A stretch of 64,000 bases of DNA from Verrucomicrobiia bacterium (GTDB taxonomy: Bacteria; Verrucomicrobiota; Verrucomicrobiia; JADLBR01). Positions 49,402 through 58,645 of this stretch are shown piece after piece. A program made the translations under genes and the position numbers. A model generated the notes under the pieces. That model saw only the letters and a program-made list of their open reading frames with translations, had not been told where the DNA came from and did not search any database. The DNA lies in the NCBI GenBank assembly GCA_026646655.1, contig JAPKHT010000008.1:8426-72425 (forward strand), written 5' to 3'. Within the stretch, counting starts at the first letter, position 1. Each line of letters opens with the position of its first letter.

Positions 49402-50766
49402 ATGAGGGTGGTTGTGAGTCGGGTCATGCCCTTCGCCCTGTTCCTGGCGCCATGGATCGCGCCCGGTGCGGAGGTCCGCATCGCCAGCGATTTCCCGGGC
49501 GGCAATATCGTAATCGAGAGGATCGAAGGGGATGACGTATTCGTCCACCAGGATCTCCGCGACACCAAGGGCGACTGGTTCTATTGGTACTTCGCGGTGC
49601 GCGGCGCACAGGGCCGCGAGCTGACATTCCATTTCACGAGAAGCCGGGCCATCGGACCGCTCGGGCCCGGCGTCAGCCGCGACGGGGGAAGGAGTTGGGC
49701 GTGGCTCGGCCGCAGGGGTTCACCCACGTCGTTCACCTGCGGCTTTGGCTCTGACGACACCGAGGTGCGGTTCAGCTTCGGCATGCCCTACCAGCACGCG
49801 GACCTGATGCGCTTTTTAGAAAGGCACGCGAAGAAACCGTGCCTGAAACGCGAGGTGTTGGGCAAGACGCGGAAAGGCAGGCCTGTCGACCTGCTGCGGA
49901 TCGGACGTCCCGGCGCAAGGGCGAAGCACAAGGTGCTTGTCACCGCGCGCCACCACGCCTGCGAGATGATGGCGAGCTATGTCGCGGAGGGGTTGATCGA
50001 TGCGTTCCTTGAGGATTCCGAGACCGGGCGATGGTTGCGGGAGCACGTCGATTGCGCCGTGGTCCCGATGGTGGACCTGGATGGCGTCGAGGACGGCGAC
50101 CAGGGGAAGAACCGCCAACCGCACGACCACAAGGCCGACTACCGGGGCACGAGCATCTACCCGGAGGTGGCGGCCCTGCGGAAGTTCCTGGCGGAATGGG
50201 CGGGCGGCCGACCCGACGTCGACATCGACCTGCACAACCCCGGCATCAACCACGACAGGATCTACACCCACGCGCTGCGCGCCGCGGTGGGCGAGGGACC
50301 CGAGTCACGCGCCCCGGAGAGGAAATTCCTGGAGACGCTGGAGGCCGTGCAGCGGGGCCCAATGAAATTTCGCCTCCAGGACTCGGTGGATTTCGCCGCG
50401 CGCATGGCCGCCAAATCGAAGACGGCGGAGGGCGAGGGCGCGACGCCTGGCGACAAGGTCCCGGGGACCATGGCGGGCAGTCGCGATGGCGAGGTGAACG
50501 CCGGGTTCGAGATCCCCTACGCCCTCGTGGGCGACGTCCCCGTCACGCCCGACTCCGCGCGGGCCTTCGGGCACGACATCGCCCGGGCCCTGGTCGTCTC
50601 GGCCAATGGGATTCTGGGCGATTTGCCGGAGGCGGGAGCCTCGGCGCTGGATCCGTCCCCGACCGGCCAGGCCGAGGAGATCGCGGTCAGCCACCCCACC
50701 GCAACCAGACGCGAGCGGTTCGCTCTGCCCAAGGCCGGACACACGGCCCGGGTGATCATCGAGTGA
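49402..50766 (+). CDS. Secreted M14-family zinc carboxypeptidase-like protein
   Basis: SDFPGGN, WFYWYF, ARHHACE (HxxE), VPMVDLDGV, GKNR, IDLH. Confidence 0.82.
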   Translation: MRVVVSRVMPFALFLAPWIAPGAEVRIASDFPGGNIVIERIEGDDVFVHQDLRDTKGDWFYWYFAVRGAQGRELTFHFTRSRAIGPLGPGVSRDGGRSWAWLGRRGSPTSFTCGFGSDDTEVRFSFGMPYQHADLMRFLERHAKKPCLKREVLGKTRKGRPVDLLRIGRPGARAKHKVLVTARHHACEMMASYVAEGLIDAFLEDSETGRWLREHVDCAVVPMVDLDGVEDGDQGKNRQPHDHKADYRGTSIYPEVAALRKFLAEWAGGRPDVDIDLHNPGINHDRIYTHALRAAVGEGPESRAPERKFLETLEAVQRGPMKFRLQDSVDFAARMAAKSKTAEGEGATPGDKVPGTMAGSRDGEVNAGFEIPYALVGDVPVTPDSARAFGHDIARALVVSANGILGDLPEAGASALDPSPTGQAEEIAVSHPTATRRERFALPKAGHTARVIIE

Positions 50767-50847
50767 GGTCCGTGACTGAGGCACGAAATCGAGACAGATT
50801 GAAGAAAACTGGCCAAAGGGAGGCAGGTCCTGTTCGATTATATAGCC

Positions 50848-51774
50848 ATGACGGAACATCCCATCCGATATTTTCTGCCGACATCGCGCGCCTTTGACGG
50901 AACCAAGCGCGTCCTTTTTCAACCATTTGAACTCGGGAAGTGGTTCGTTCTGGGGTTCAGCGCGTGGCTCGCCGGCTTGCTTGACGGGAATGGGGGCGGC
51001 GGTGGCACCGGCGTCGGGGGCGACCAGACGGATGGCGGTCCGGCGGAAAGCTTCCTTCGGGGGGTGGCCGATTGGGCGCAGCAGCACATGGGGATCGCGA
51101 TCCTGATCGGGGCGGTGGTGCTGCTGGTCTTCATCGGTCTGGCGGTGCTGCTATTCTGGATCAGCTCGCGCGGCAAATTCATGTTTCTCGACAACGTGGT
51201 CCACAATCGGGCGAGGGTGAGGATTCCATGGAACCAGTTTCGCGCTCAGGGGAATTCGCTCTGCCTCTGGCGGCTGGTTTTCGCGGCGATCGCCATTTCC
51301 GCGGTCCTGATCGTCGTCGGGGCCTTCGCCGTGCCATGTGTCATGCTGCGCGATTCGCGGGGATGGCTCTTGGCGCTGGCGGGTTGTGGTATCGCGGGGA
51401 CCCTGGCCCTTGTGCTGGCGCTCATCTACGTGGGCATCCTGCTTGAGGATTTCGTGATTCCGCTGATGTACCGGGATTCGCTCACCACGAATCAGGCTTG
51501 GGGGCGATTCCTCGCGGTGCACAGGTACTCGCCCGGCCACTTCGTGCGGTACGCGCTATGGAAAGTCGTCCTCGGAATAGCCGCGCTCGTCGCGATCGTC
51601 CTGGTGGGCATAGGAACGTGTGGCCTGGGGATTCTCCTGATGATCATCCCGTACATAGGGACCGTCTTCCTTCTTCCCGTCCCGGTCTTCTTCCGGTTTC
51701 TCGGGCCGGAGTTCCTGAGGCAATTCGGGGGCGACTGCGACATCTTGGATTCCGGGGCCGAGGCGGCGAAGTAG
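50848..51774 (+). CDS. Conserved multi-pass membrane protein
   Basis: About 5-6 hydrophobic segments; KWFVLGF, SSRGKFMFLD, DFVIPLMY, LLPVPVFFR. GGGAGG upstream. Confidence 0.8.
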   Translation: MTEHPIRYFLPTSRAFDGTKRVLFQPFELGKWFVLGFSAWLAGLLDGNGGGGGTGVGGDQTDGGPAESFLRGVADWAQQHMGIAILIGAVVLLVFIGLAVLLFWISSRGKFMFLDNVVHNRARVRIPWNQFRAQGNSLCLWRLVFAAIAISAVLIVVGAFAVPCVMLRDSRGWLLALAGCGIAGTLALVLALIYVGILLEDFVIPLMYRDSLTTNQAWGRFLAVHRYSPGHFVRYALWKVVLGIAALVAIVLVGIGTCGLGILLMIIPYIGTVFLLPVPVFFRFLGPEFLRQFGGDCDILDSGAEAAK

Positions 51775-51805
51775 GAATTTGCCGGACGAGGTCCGACAAA
51801 CTCCT
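51773..51805. repeat. GTCGGAC/GTCCGAC palindrome family, subtype A (15+3+15), filling a convergent intergenic gap
   Basis: (t)aggaatttgccggac-gag-gtccgacaaactcct(a). Confidence 0.85.
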
Positions 51806-52880
51806 AGCGCTGCTTCGCTCGCGCTTCCATGTCCCCGTGGACTGAGGTGAGCGAACGGACCAGTTCCTCCCAAGGCCGCCCGTCGCTTCGGACGAGGCCG
51901 CGGTTGGCCTCGCGCTCGGGGCTGTCGAAGTCGCCATATATAAACCAGTGGGCGCCGACGATGTAGGGCTCGTTGAAGAAGTCCGCGGCGATATGGGCGG
52001 CCTGGCGCGCGCGGATGGCCTGGGTGGGAACCGCCTGCGGGAAGGACCAATCCAGGACCGCCTTCTTCTGCCCGTATAGCCCGCTATCCATCGCCGGCAC
52101 GCTCCATTCGCCGACGATGAATGGTTTGCCGGTGCGCCGCGCGACTTCCCGCAGGACCGCAAGCCCGCTGGGCCCGACGCCGGCCGCTTGGTTGTCGGGA
52201 TACAGGTTGACGGCCACGAGGTCGTAGGCCGCGCAGAGGTCGATGTTGGGCAGCCAATGGGGCAGGCCGCCGAGGTTGTGGCGATTTGAGGCGATCAGGT
52301 GATCGGGGTCGGCCTCCCTCGTGACCCGCAGGGTGACGTCCACATAGCGCTGGTACAACCGCCGCGCGAAAGCGATGAAGTCCTCGTGCATCGGCCCGCG
52401 ATCCAGCGGTGGCTCGGGCCGGGCGGCGGCCAGAGCCTCATAACTGGCGAAGGCCGTGCACCAGCGCGCGTTGAGGGACGATATCTGGGGATACTCTTCC
52501 CGAAGGAACTCGATCAGTGCGCGACCGCAGTGCGGGCTCCAGACGAAGCGGTGAAGGTCGTCGAAGCCAATCTCATTGTCCACGAACCACGCGACGAAGT
52601 CCGGGTCGCCGCGCACCAACGATGCCTGATCTTCCGCACGTTTCCTGGCGGATGCTTCAAATCGCGGGTCGAACGGGTCGGGGAAACCGTGCTCGCCGTC
52701 CTTCTGCCGCCCGCGGCAGTCGGTGAGGAGGTCGAATTCGCCATGCCTGAGGCAGTCGTGGTAGTTCAGCACGGCGAATTGGGGCATGGTCGGTCGCCCC
52801 TGCTCCCGCAACTCCTGGTTGTATCGGGCATAGCGCCGCAGCGAGTGCCAGCCGGCGAGGCCGTTGAAGCCCCAGCCACG
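51804..52880 (-). pseudogene. C-terminal catalytic part of a GH50/agarase-like glycoside hydrolase, out of frame with its upstream part
   Basis: WGFNGLAGW, FPDPFDPRF, WFVDNE, READPDHLI, VNLY, IVGEWS, VGAHWFIY.D, NRGLV. No own start or signal; the frame begins near 52875. Confidence 0.7.
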
Positions 52881-53835
52881 GCCCGACCACCAGCGCACGC
52901 CCGACTTTCGCCTCTTCGGCCACGCGGAATCCCGCGGCATCTTCCGGCGCGACTTTCCCCTCATCCAGCGTGAGCACCGTTTGCCAAGGTGCGGTGATCT
53001 TTTCGCCTGGAGGCAGCGGCAGCATTCCGGATTCGGGACCGCCTTCCCTCGCATCGGTGGCCACCACTTGCCCGACGCCCAGCCTGACGAAACCGTCGCC
53101 AAATGCCTCCTTGAACATGGCAATGGCCCTGTCGCCAGAGCAGTGGCTTGGACCGACCTTCCGCACACCGAGTGCTTTCAGTTCCCGGATCACGCCGTTC
53201 ACCTCTTCCTCGGAATGCTTCAGGAGATGGAATCCGCCGAGGACCATGAATACGTCCCGCCGAAGTTCTTCCTTGGCCCGTTTGGTGATGGCCACGATCC
53301 CGGGATGTGCGCATCCGGTGACGATCACCAGCCCCTGCCCCGTCTCCAAGACCAGCGATTGTTCGACCGTCACCGGGCTCATCGTATGGCCCAGGACGAA
53401 AACGCCCTTGCAGACCTCCGCGGGTTGGTTGACGACGGTCACCGTCGCGGCCGCCGCTCCCACGTCGGACGCAAACGCCTCCGGCGTCCCGGCCGGCAGA
53501 AACACGGAAACGTCCCGGTTCTCCTTCAGAAACGGCAGGAGTCCGCCCGTGTGGTCCCCGTGATTGTGGGAAATCACAACCGATCGGACGTCCGTTGGGC
53601 GCACGCGCATCGCCTCGAGGTTGGCCAACAACAGGTCGCCTTTGCCTCCCGCATCAAACAGGATTGTCTTCTCGGGGCCCGTGACCACGCAGGCGAATCC
53701 CCAGTCGGAACGACATGCCGGGTCCGCCACGTAGTTGTCGTAGGCCACCTTGATCGTCAGCGAGGCCTCGGCGGCAAAGATGCCCGCCGCCGAGACCGCG
53801 AACCATCCGCATACCTTCGTGCTCCAGCGGGACAT
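52657..53835 (-). CDS. Secreted MBL-fold metallo-hydrolase with a C-terminal extension that runs out of frame
   Basis: AAGGAGG RBS, signal-like N-terminus, DWGFA, LFDAG, SHNHGDHTGG, TGCAHPG, GGFHL, PSHCSG. Residues after about 52880 look non-coding. Confidence 0.8.
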   Translation of the reverse strand: MSRWSTKVCGWFAVSAAGIFAAEASLTIKVAYDNYVADPACRSDWGFACVVTGPEKTILFDAGGKGDLLLANLEAMRVRPTDVRSVVISHNHGDHTGGLLPFLKENRDVSVFLPAGTPEAFASDVGAAAATVTVVNQPAEVCKGVFVLGHTMSPVTVEQSLVLETGQGLVIVTGCAHPGIVAITKRAKEELRRDVFMVLGGFHLLKHSEEEVNGVIRELKALGVRKVGPSHCSGDRAIAMFKEAFGDGFVRLGVGQVVATDAREGGPESGMLPLPPGEKITAPWQTVLTLDEGKVAPEDAAGFRVAEEAKVGRALVVGPWLGLQRPRRLALAAALCPIQPGVAGAGATDHAPIRRAELPRLPQAWRIRPPHRLPRAAEGRRARFPRPVRPAI

Positions 53836-53948
53836 TGCCGACCTCCTTGCGAACGGGTTGTTCACGGCTTGCCGCGAGTCGTAGCACAACCCAATCTCTT
53901 CCCCAACCAGAAAGGACTGGCCCTCCTCGAGGAGAAAGGAAAGTCACC

Positions 53949-55397
53949 GTGAAACTGCAACGCGCCCGCACCCTCATGACCGCCGCGCTCGTGCTCGGCG
54001 GATCGCATTTGCCCGCCGCCGAGCCGGCCAACCCCGGACGCGAGGCGCGCCTCGCGTGGTGGCACGAGGCAAAGTTCGGTATGTTCATTCACTGGGGCCT
54101 GTACTCGCACCTGGCCGGCGAGTGGAAGGGCGGGTATTACCAGGGCATCGGCGAGTGGATCATGTACAAGGCCCGCATCCCCATCGCGGACTACGAGGGC
54201 GTCGCCAAGCGGTTCAACCCGGTGAAGTTCGACGCCGACGCATGGGCGCAACTGGCGCAGGACGCGGGGATGCGATACCTCATCATCACCTCCAAGCACC
54301 ACGACGGCTTCGCGATGTTCGGGTCGAAGGCCGACCGCTTCAACATCGTGGACGCGACGCCGTTCGGGCGAGACCCGGTGAAGGAACTCGCCGCCGCGTG
54401 CGCGAAGCGCGGCATCAAGTTCGGCGTCTATTATTCGCAGGCGCAGGACTGGTCGGCACCGGGAGGCGCGATCTGGAAAGGGCCGCACGAGGCCGATCCG
54501 GTCTGGGAGGTGCCGCAGTGGGACCCGCGGCAGAACGGCGACTTCGACACCTACTTCGACGCGAAGGCGCTCCCGCAGGTGCGCGAACTCTTGGGCAACT
54601 ACGGCCCGATTTCCGTGATGTGGTTCGACACGCCGCTCGGCGTCATGAACGTCGAGCGCGCCGCGAAGCTCCAGAAGGTCGTGCGCGACCTCCAGCCGGA
54701 CTGCCTCATCAGCGGACGCCTCGGTGGGAAGTTTCAGAGCGACTACGATTCCGAGGGCGACAACGCCATCCCGAACCTCGCCCGCGCCGGCGCGTGGGAA
54801 ACCCCCGCCACCCTGAATCACACCTGGGGCTTCAAGAAACACGACCACCATTGGAAGACGCCCGCCAACGTCATTTTCAAACTCGTGGACATCGTCAGCA
54901 AGGGCGGCAACTACCTGCTCAATATCGGCCCCGACGGCGAGGGCGTCATCCCGCGGCCCAGCGCGGATACCCTCCTCGGCGTCGGCCGCTGGCTCAAGGT
55001 CAACGGCGAGGCGATCTACGGCGCCGGGCGAACGCCGTTCGGCGAGGAATTTGGAACCCCCGCCAAAGCCTCGCAGGACAAGAGATCCGCACCGCCCGCC
55101 GAGTGGCGCTGTGAGTCCTGCGGGGCCACCCAGGCGCGCCCTCCGCAATTCGAGCCCCGCACCGAGTGGCGTTGCACCACGAAGCCCGGCATGCTCTACA
55201 TCCACATCTTCCAATGGCCCGCCACCGGCCAGGTCGAGCTGCCGGCGGTGAAGGGGAAGATCACCAAGGCCTATCTGCTGACCGACCCGCAGAAGGCGGA
55301 ACTGAAGGTGACCCAGACGGAAACCGGTGTTTCCATCGCCCTGGCGGCCAAAGCGCCCGACCCGATCGCTTCAGTGGTTTGTCTGGAAGCCAAATGA
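53949..55397 (+). CDS. Alpha-L-fucosidase (GH29)
   Basis: KFGMFIHWGLYS, GEWIM, TSKHHDGF, MWFD nucleophile, WETPAT, VSKGGNYLLNIGP. Confidence 0.93.
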   Translation: MKLQRARTLMTAALVLGGSHLPAAEPANPGREARLAWWHEAKFGMFIHWGLYSHLAGEWKGGYYQGIGEWIMYKARIPIADYEGVAKRFNPVKFDADAWAQLAQDAGMRYLIITSKHHDGFAMFGSKADRFNIVDATPFGRDPVKELAAACAKRGIKFGVYYSQAQDWSAPGGAIWKGPHEADPVWEVPQWDPRQNGDFDTYFDAKALPQVRELLGNYGPISVMWFDTPLGVMNVERAAKLQKVVRDLQPDCLISGRLGGKFQSDYDSEGDNAIPNLARAGAWETPATLNHTWGFKKHDHHWKTPANVIFKLVDIVSKGGNYLLNIGPDGEGVIPRPSADTLLGVGRWLKVNGEAIYGAGRTPFGEEFGTPAKASQDKRSAPPAEWRCESCGATQARPPQFEPRTEWRCTTKPGMLYIHIFQWPATGQVELPAVKGKITKAYLLTDPQKAELKVTQTETGVSIALAAKAPDPIASVVCLEAK

Positions 55398-58300
55398 AGG
55401 GAACGAACCAGAAACACATCCTCGCACTCCTCGCCGCTCAGCTCGTGGCGTCGCCAAGCGTGCCGCTCGCCGCGGGGACCGAGCCGACGGGGCCGGACGC
55501 GGCGATCAGCGCCCCCGCCAACGTCACCCCCATGCCGGCATGGGCCGTCGGCCAGGCCAACCGCTCGCCGGACCTCGACGCTTTGCCGGGATTTCAGAAA
55601 CCACCGCCGGGATACGGCACGGTGCCGTTCTTCTGGTGGCTCGGTGATCCGTTGACGAAGGAACGGCTCGGCTGGATCCTCGGGCAGATGGAGGGCATGG
55701 GCGTGTCGGGCTACCAGATCAACTACGCCCACTCCGACAAGGGCGGACGCAGTTGGGGCCTGACGTATCCGAGCGAGCCTCCGCTGTTCTCCGAGGAATG
55801 GTGGAAACTGGCCGGCTGGTTCATGCGGGAGGCCAAGAAACAGGGCGCCGCCATCAGCCTCAGCGATTACACGCTCGGCTTCGGCCAAGGCTGGTGCGTG
55901 GACGAGATCCTGCGCGAGCACCCCGAGGTGACAGGCATGATCCTCAAGATGGGCAATGGCGGTCAGGTCAGCGCCGATAAGGTGCCCTGGTCGCTGAACC
56001 CGATGCACCCGATGTCGGGCAAGTGGTACGCCGAGAGATTCTTCGGCCAGTTCGAGCGCCGTTTCCCCGGCGAGGGCGGCAAGGGACTGAACTTCTTCTT
56101 TTCCGATGAGCTCGGCTTCGGCGTCGGCGGACGGATCTGGTCCGAGCGGTTCGCCGAAGAGTTCAGGAAACGCAAGGGCTACGACATCACGCCCGAACTG
56201 CCGGCGCTGTTCAAGGACACCGGGCCGCGGTCGCCAAAGGTCCGGCTCGACTACAATGATGTGCTCGTGGCGTTGAGCGAGGAATGCTTCTTCAAGCCCG
56301 TCTTCGACTGGCACCAGCAACGCGGCATGATCATGGGTTGCGACCACGGCGGGCGCGGCCGCAACGTCGTCGAGTTTGGCGACTATTTCCGCACCCAGCG
56401 CTGGAACCAGGGCCCCGGCGCCGACCAGCCGCGCCTCGGCAAGAACCTCATCAAGGCAAAGGTCGCCGCGTCCATCGCGCACCTGTACGAGCGCCCGCGC
56501 GTCTGGCTCGAAGGTTTTTACGGCAGCGGCTGGGGCACGACGTCGGCGGGCCTCGTGGACGCCACGTTCGCTAACTACGTGATGGGCTTCGATCTGCTCG
56601 GCCTGCACGGGATGTACTACGCGACGCGCGGTGGCTGGTGGGAATGGGCGCCGCCCGACAACACCTTCCGGATGCCGTACTGGAAACACCTGCGCGGGTT
56701 CATGGGGTGCGTCCAACGCCTCAGCTACCTCCTCAGCCAAGGACACCACCGCTGCGACGTGGCGATCATCTACCCCGTCGCACCAATGGAGGCCGGCATG
56801 GGCGGCCCCGACGCCGTGAAGGCCGCCTTCACCACCGGCGAGCAGCTCTATGCCAGGGGCGTCGACTTCGACTTCATGGATTTCGAGTCGCTCGACCGGG
56901 CCAGGATCGCCGGGAACGAATTGCGCGTCGCCGGCGAAATCTACCGCGCCCTCATCCTGCCCGCGATGAAGGCCATCCGCCACTCGACGCTGAAGAAGGC
57001 CGTCGAATTCCACCGCGCCGGCGGCATCGTGCTGGCCATCGGCGCGTTGCCCGAAGCCAGCGACCGCATCGGCCGCGACGATCCCGAAGTCGTTGCGATG
57101 GCGAAGGAGATTGGCCTGACCCAGGACGTCTTCGCCAAGCTCCCGCCGCGCGACTACGGGGGACCCGGCTACATCCAGCACCGCAGGCTCGGCCCGCGCG
57201 ATCTCTACGCCATCTACAACGCGCCGAAGGACGGCGAGGTCACCTTCCGCGCCACCGGCAAGGTCGAGTTATGGGACCCCTGGACCGGCTCGATCCGCCC
57301 GCTCCCCATCGCCTCGCAAACTGCCGCCGGCACCAGACTGAAACTCCCGCTGACCGAAAAGGAATTGCAGCTGATCGTCTTCAGCCCCGGCCAGCCAGAG
57401 ATCGCGCCCCCTTCATCCGGGTCACCGCCGACGGCGATCGCTGTCGAGGGGGATTGGGACTTCGAGTTGCAGCCGACCAGCGATAATCGTTTCGGCGATT
57501 TCCACTGGCCGCCGACACCGGCCAAGATCGGCGCCGAAGTCCGACAGCTCTGGTATTGCGAGGGCGACAGCACCAACGGGACGTGGCGCAAGGTCACGTG
57601 TTCGTTCGGCCCGCAATTCACGAAGGACGGCAAGCCATACGAGATGTCGTGGCGCTGGGGGGTCGAGGGCGATCCCGGCCGCCAGGGCTATCACGGCTTG
57701 AAAGGGGAAGTGCACGACGAGTTCCTCACCATCGGCAGACCAAGGCAGACCGCCACCGGCACCGCCTATGAGGCCGACGGCACCGGGACAACATTCTCGA
57801 CAAGCATCCCCGCCCCGCGCGCGATGACCGCACGCGCCCTCGCCGGCGAACTGAAACCGTCGAGGGTCACGCTCAACGGCGAAGTCGCAAACGGCGACAC
57901 CCTCGAATTGAAGGCGGGCGCCAACGCCCTCGTGTTGCGGTACGACAGGCCGGGCCGCACCTATTTCGTCGTCGCGTCAGGGGAAATCCCGCCCGCGCCG
58001 GCAAACGCGCTGGCCGCGCGCTGGCACAACGATCCGAAAGTGCTGCCATTCGATGTGCGCGCCGACGAGGAGACACCGGTCGGCTGGTACCGGTTTGTTG
58101 CGCCGCCCGGATTCCGCGGCATGCGCATCACCGCGCGCGGCAAGGCGCAAGCATGGGCCGACGGCGTGCCGATGCCCCAATTCGCCCTGCAACATCCGGC
58201 GGCCAAGCCAGTCACGGTGTTCTTGCGCATCGAACAGGAACGCGGCTGCTACGCTGGTGCGGCGCTGCCTGAGTACATCCAGCTGGATTGCGGCCCCGGC

Positions 58301-58645
58301 CAGATGGCGCTGGGAGACTGGTCGAAGATCGACGGATTGCTCAGCTATTCCGGCGGCGCGTGGTACCGGAAGACGGTGACGCTTCCTGCCGCAAGGCAGG
58401 TCATCCTGAAACTCGGCGAGGTGGTTGCCTCCGCCGAAGTGCGCGTGAACGGGAGAATTGCCGGCACCAGGGTCGCGCCGCCGTGGGAGTTGGACATCAC
58501 GAAGCTCGCGGCTCCCGGCGAGAACCGGATCGAGGTGCTCGTCTGTAATACGCTGGCGAACCACTACACGACCATCCCGACGCGCTATCGCGGCGATACA
58601 ACCTCCGGGCTGCTCGGCCCGGTCCGCATTGAGGTGACACCATGA
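55394..58645 (+). CDS. Secreted GH106-like (alpha-L-rhamnosidase-like) glycoside hydrolase
   Basis: FQKPP...PFFWW, FSEEWW, FFSDE, YDITPELPAL, ASIAHLYERPRVWLE, C-terminal GH2-type sandwich NRIEVLVCNTLAN...SGLLGPV. Confidence 0.8.
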   Translation: MKGTNQKHILALLAAQLVASPSVPLAAGTEPTGPDAAISAPANVTPMPAWAVGQANRSPDLDALPGFQKPPPGYGTVPFFWWLGDPLTKERLGWILGQMEGMGVSGYQINYAHSDKGGRSWGLTYPSEPPLFSEEWWKLAGWFMREAKKQGAAISLSDYTLGFGQGWCVDEILREHPEVTGMILKMGNGGQVSADKVPWSLNPMHPMSGKWYAERFFGQFERRFPGEGGKGLNFFFSDELGFGVGGRIWSERFAEEFRKRKGYDITPELPALFKDTGPRSPKVRLDYNDVLVALSEECFFKPVFDWHQQRGMIMGCDHGGRGRNVVEFGDYFRTQRWNQGPGADQPRLGKNLIKAKVAASIAHLYERPRVWLEGFYGSGWGTTSAGLVDATFANYVMGFDLLGLHGMYYATRGGWWEWAPPDNTFRMPYWKHLRGFMGCVQRLSYLLSQGHHRCDVAIIYPVAPMEAGMGGPDAVKAAFTTGEQLYARGVDFDFMDFESLDRARIAGNELRVAGEIYRALILPAMKAIRHSTLKKAVEFHRAGGIVLAIGALPEASDRIGRDDPEVVAMAKEIGLTQDVFAKLPPRDYGGPGYIQHRRLGPRDLYAIYNAPKDGEVTFRATGKVELWDPWTGSIRPLPIASQTAAGTRLKLPLTEKELQLIVFSPGQPEIAPPSSGSPPTAIAVEGDWDFELQPTSDNRFGDFHWPPTPAKIGAEVRQLWYCEGDSTNGTWRKVTCSFGPQFTKDGKPYEMSWRWGVEGDPGRQGYHGLKGEVHDEFLTIGRPRQTATGTAYEADGTGTTFSTSIPAPRAMTARALAGELKPSRVTLNGEVANGDTLELKAGANALVLRYDRPGRTYFVVASGEIPPAPANALAARWHNDPKVLPFDVRADEETPVGWYRFVAPPGFRGMRITARGKAQAWADGVPMPQFALQHPAAKPVTVFLRIEQERGCYAGAALPEYIQLDCGPGQMALGDWSKIDGLLSYSGGAWYRKTVTLPAARQVILKLGEVVASAEVRVNGRIAGTRVAPPWELDITKLAAPGENRIEVLVCNTLANHYTTIPTRYRGDTTSGLLGPVRIEVTP

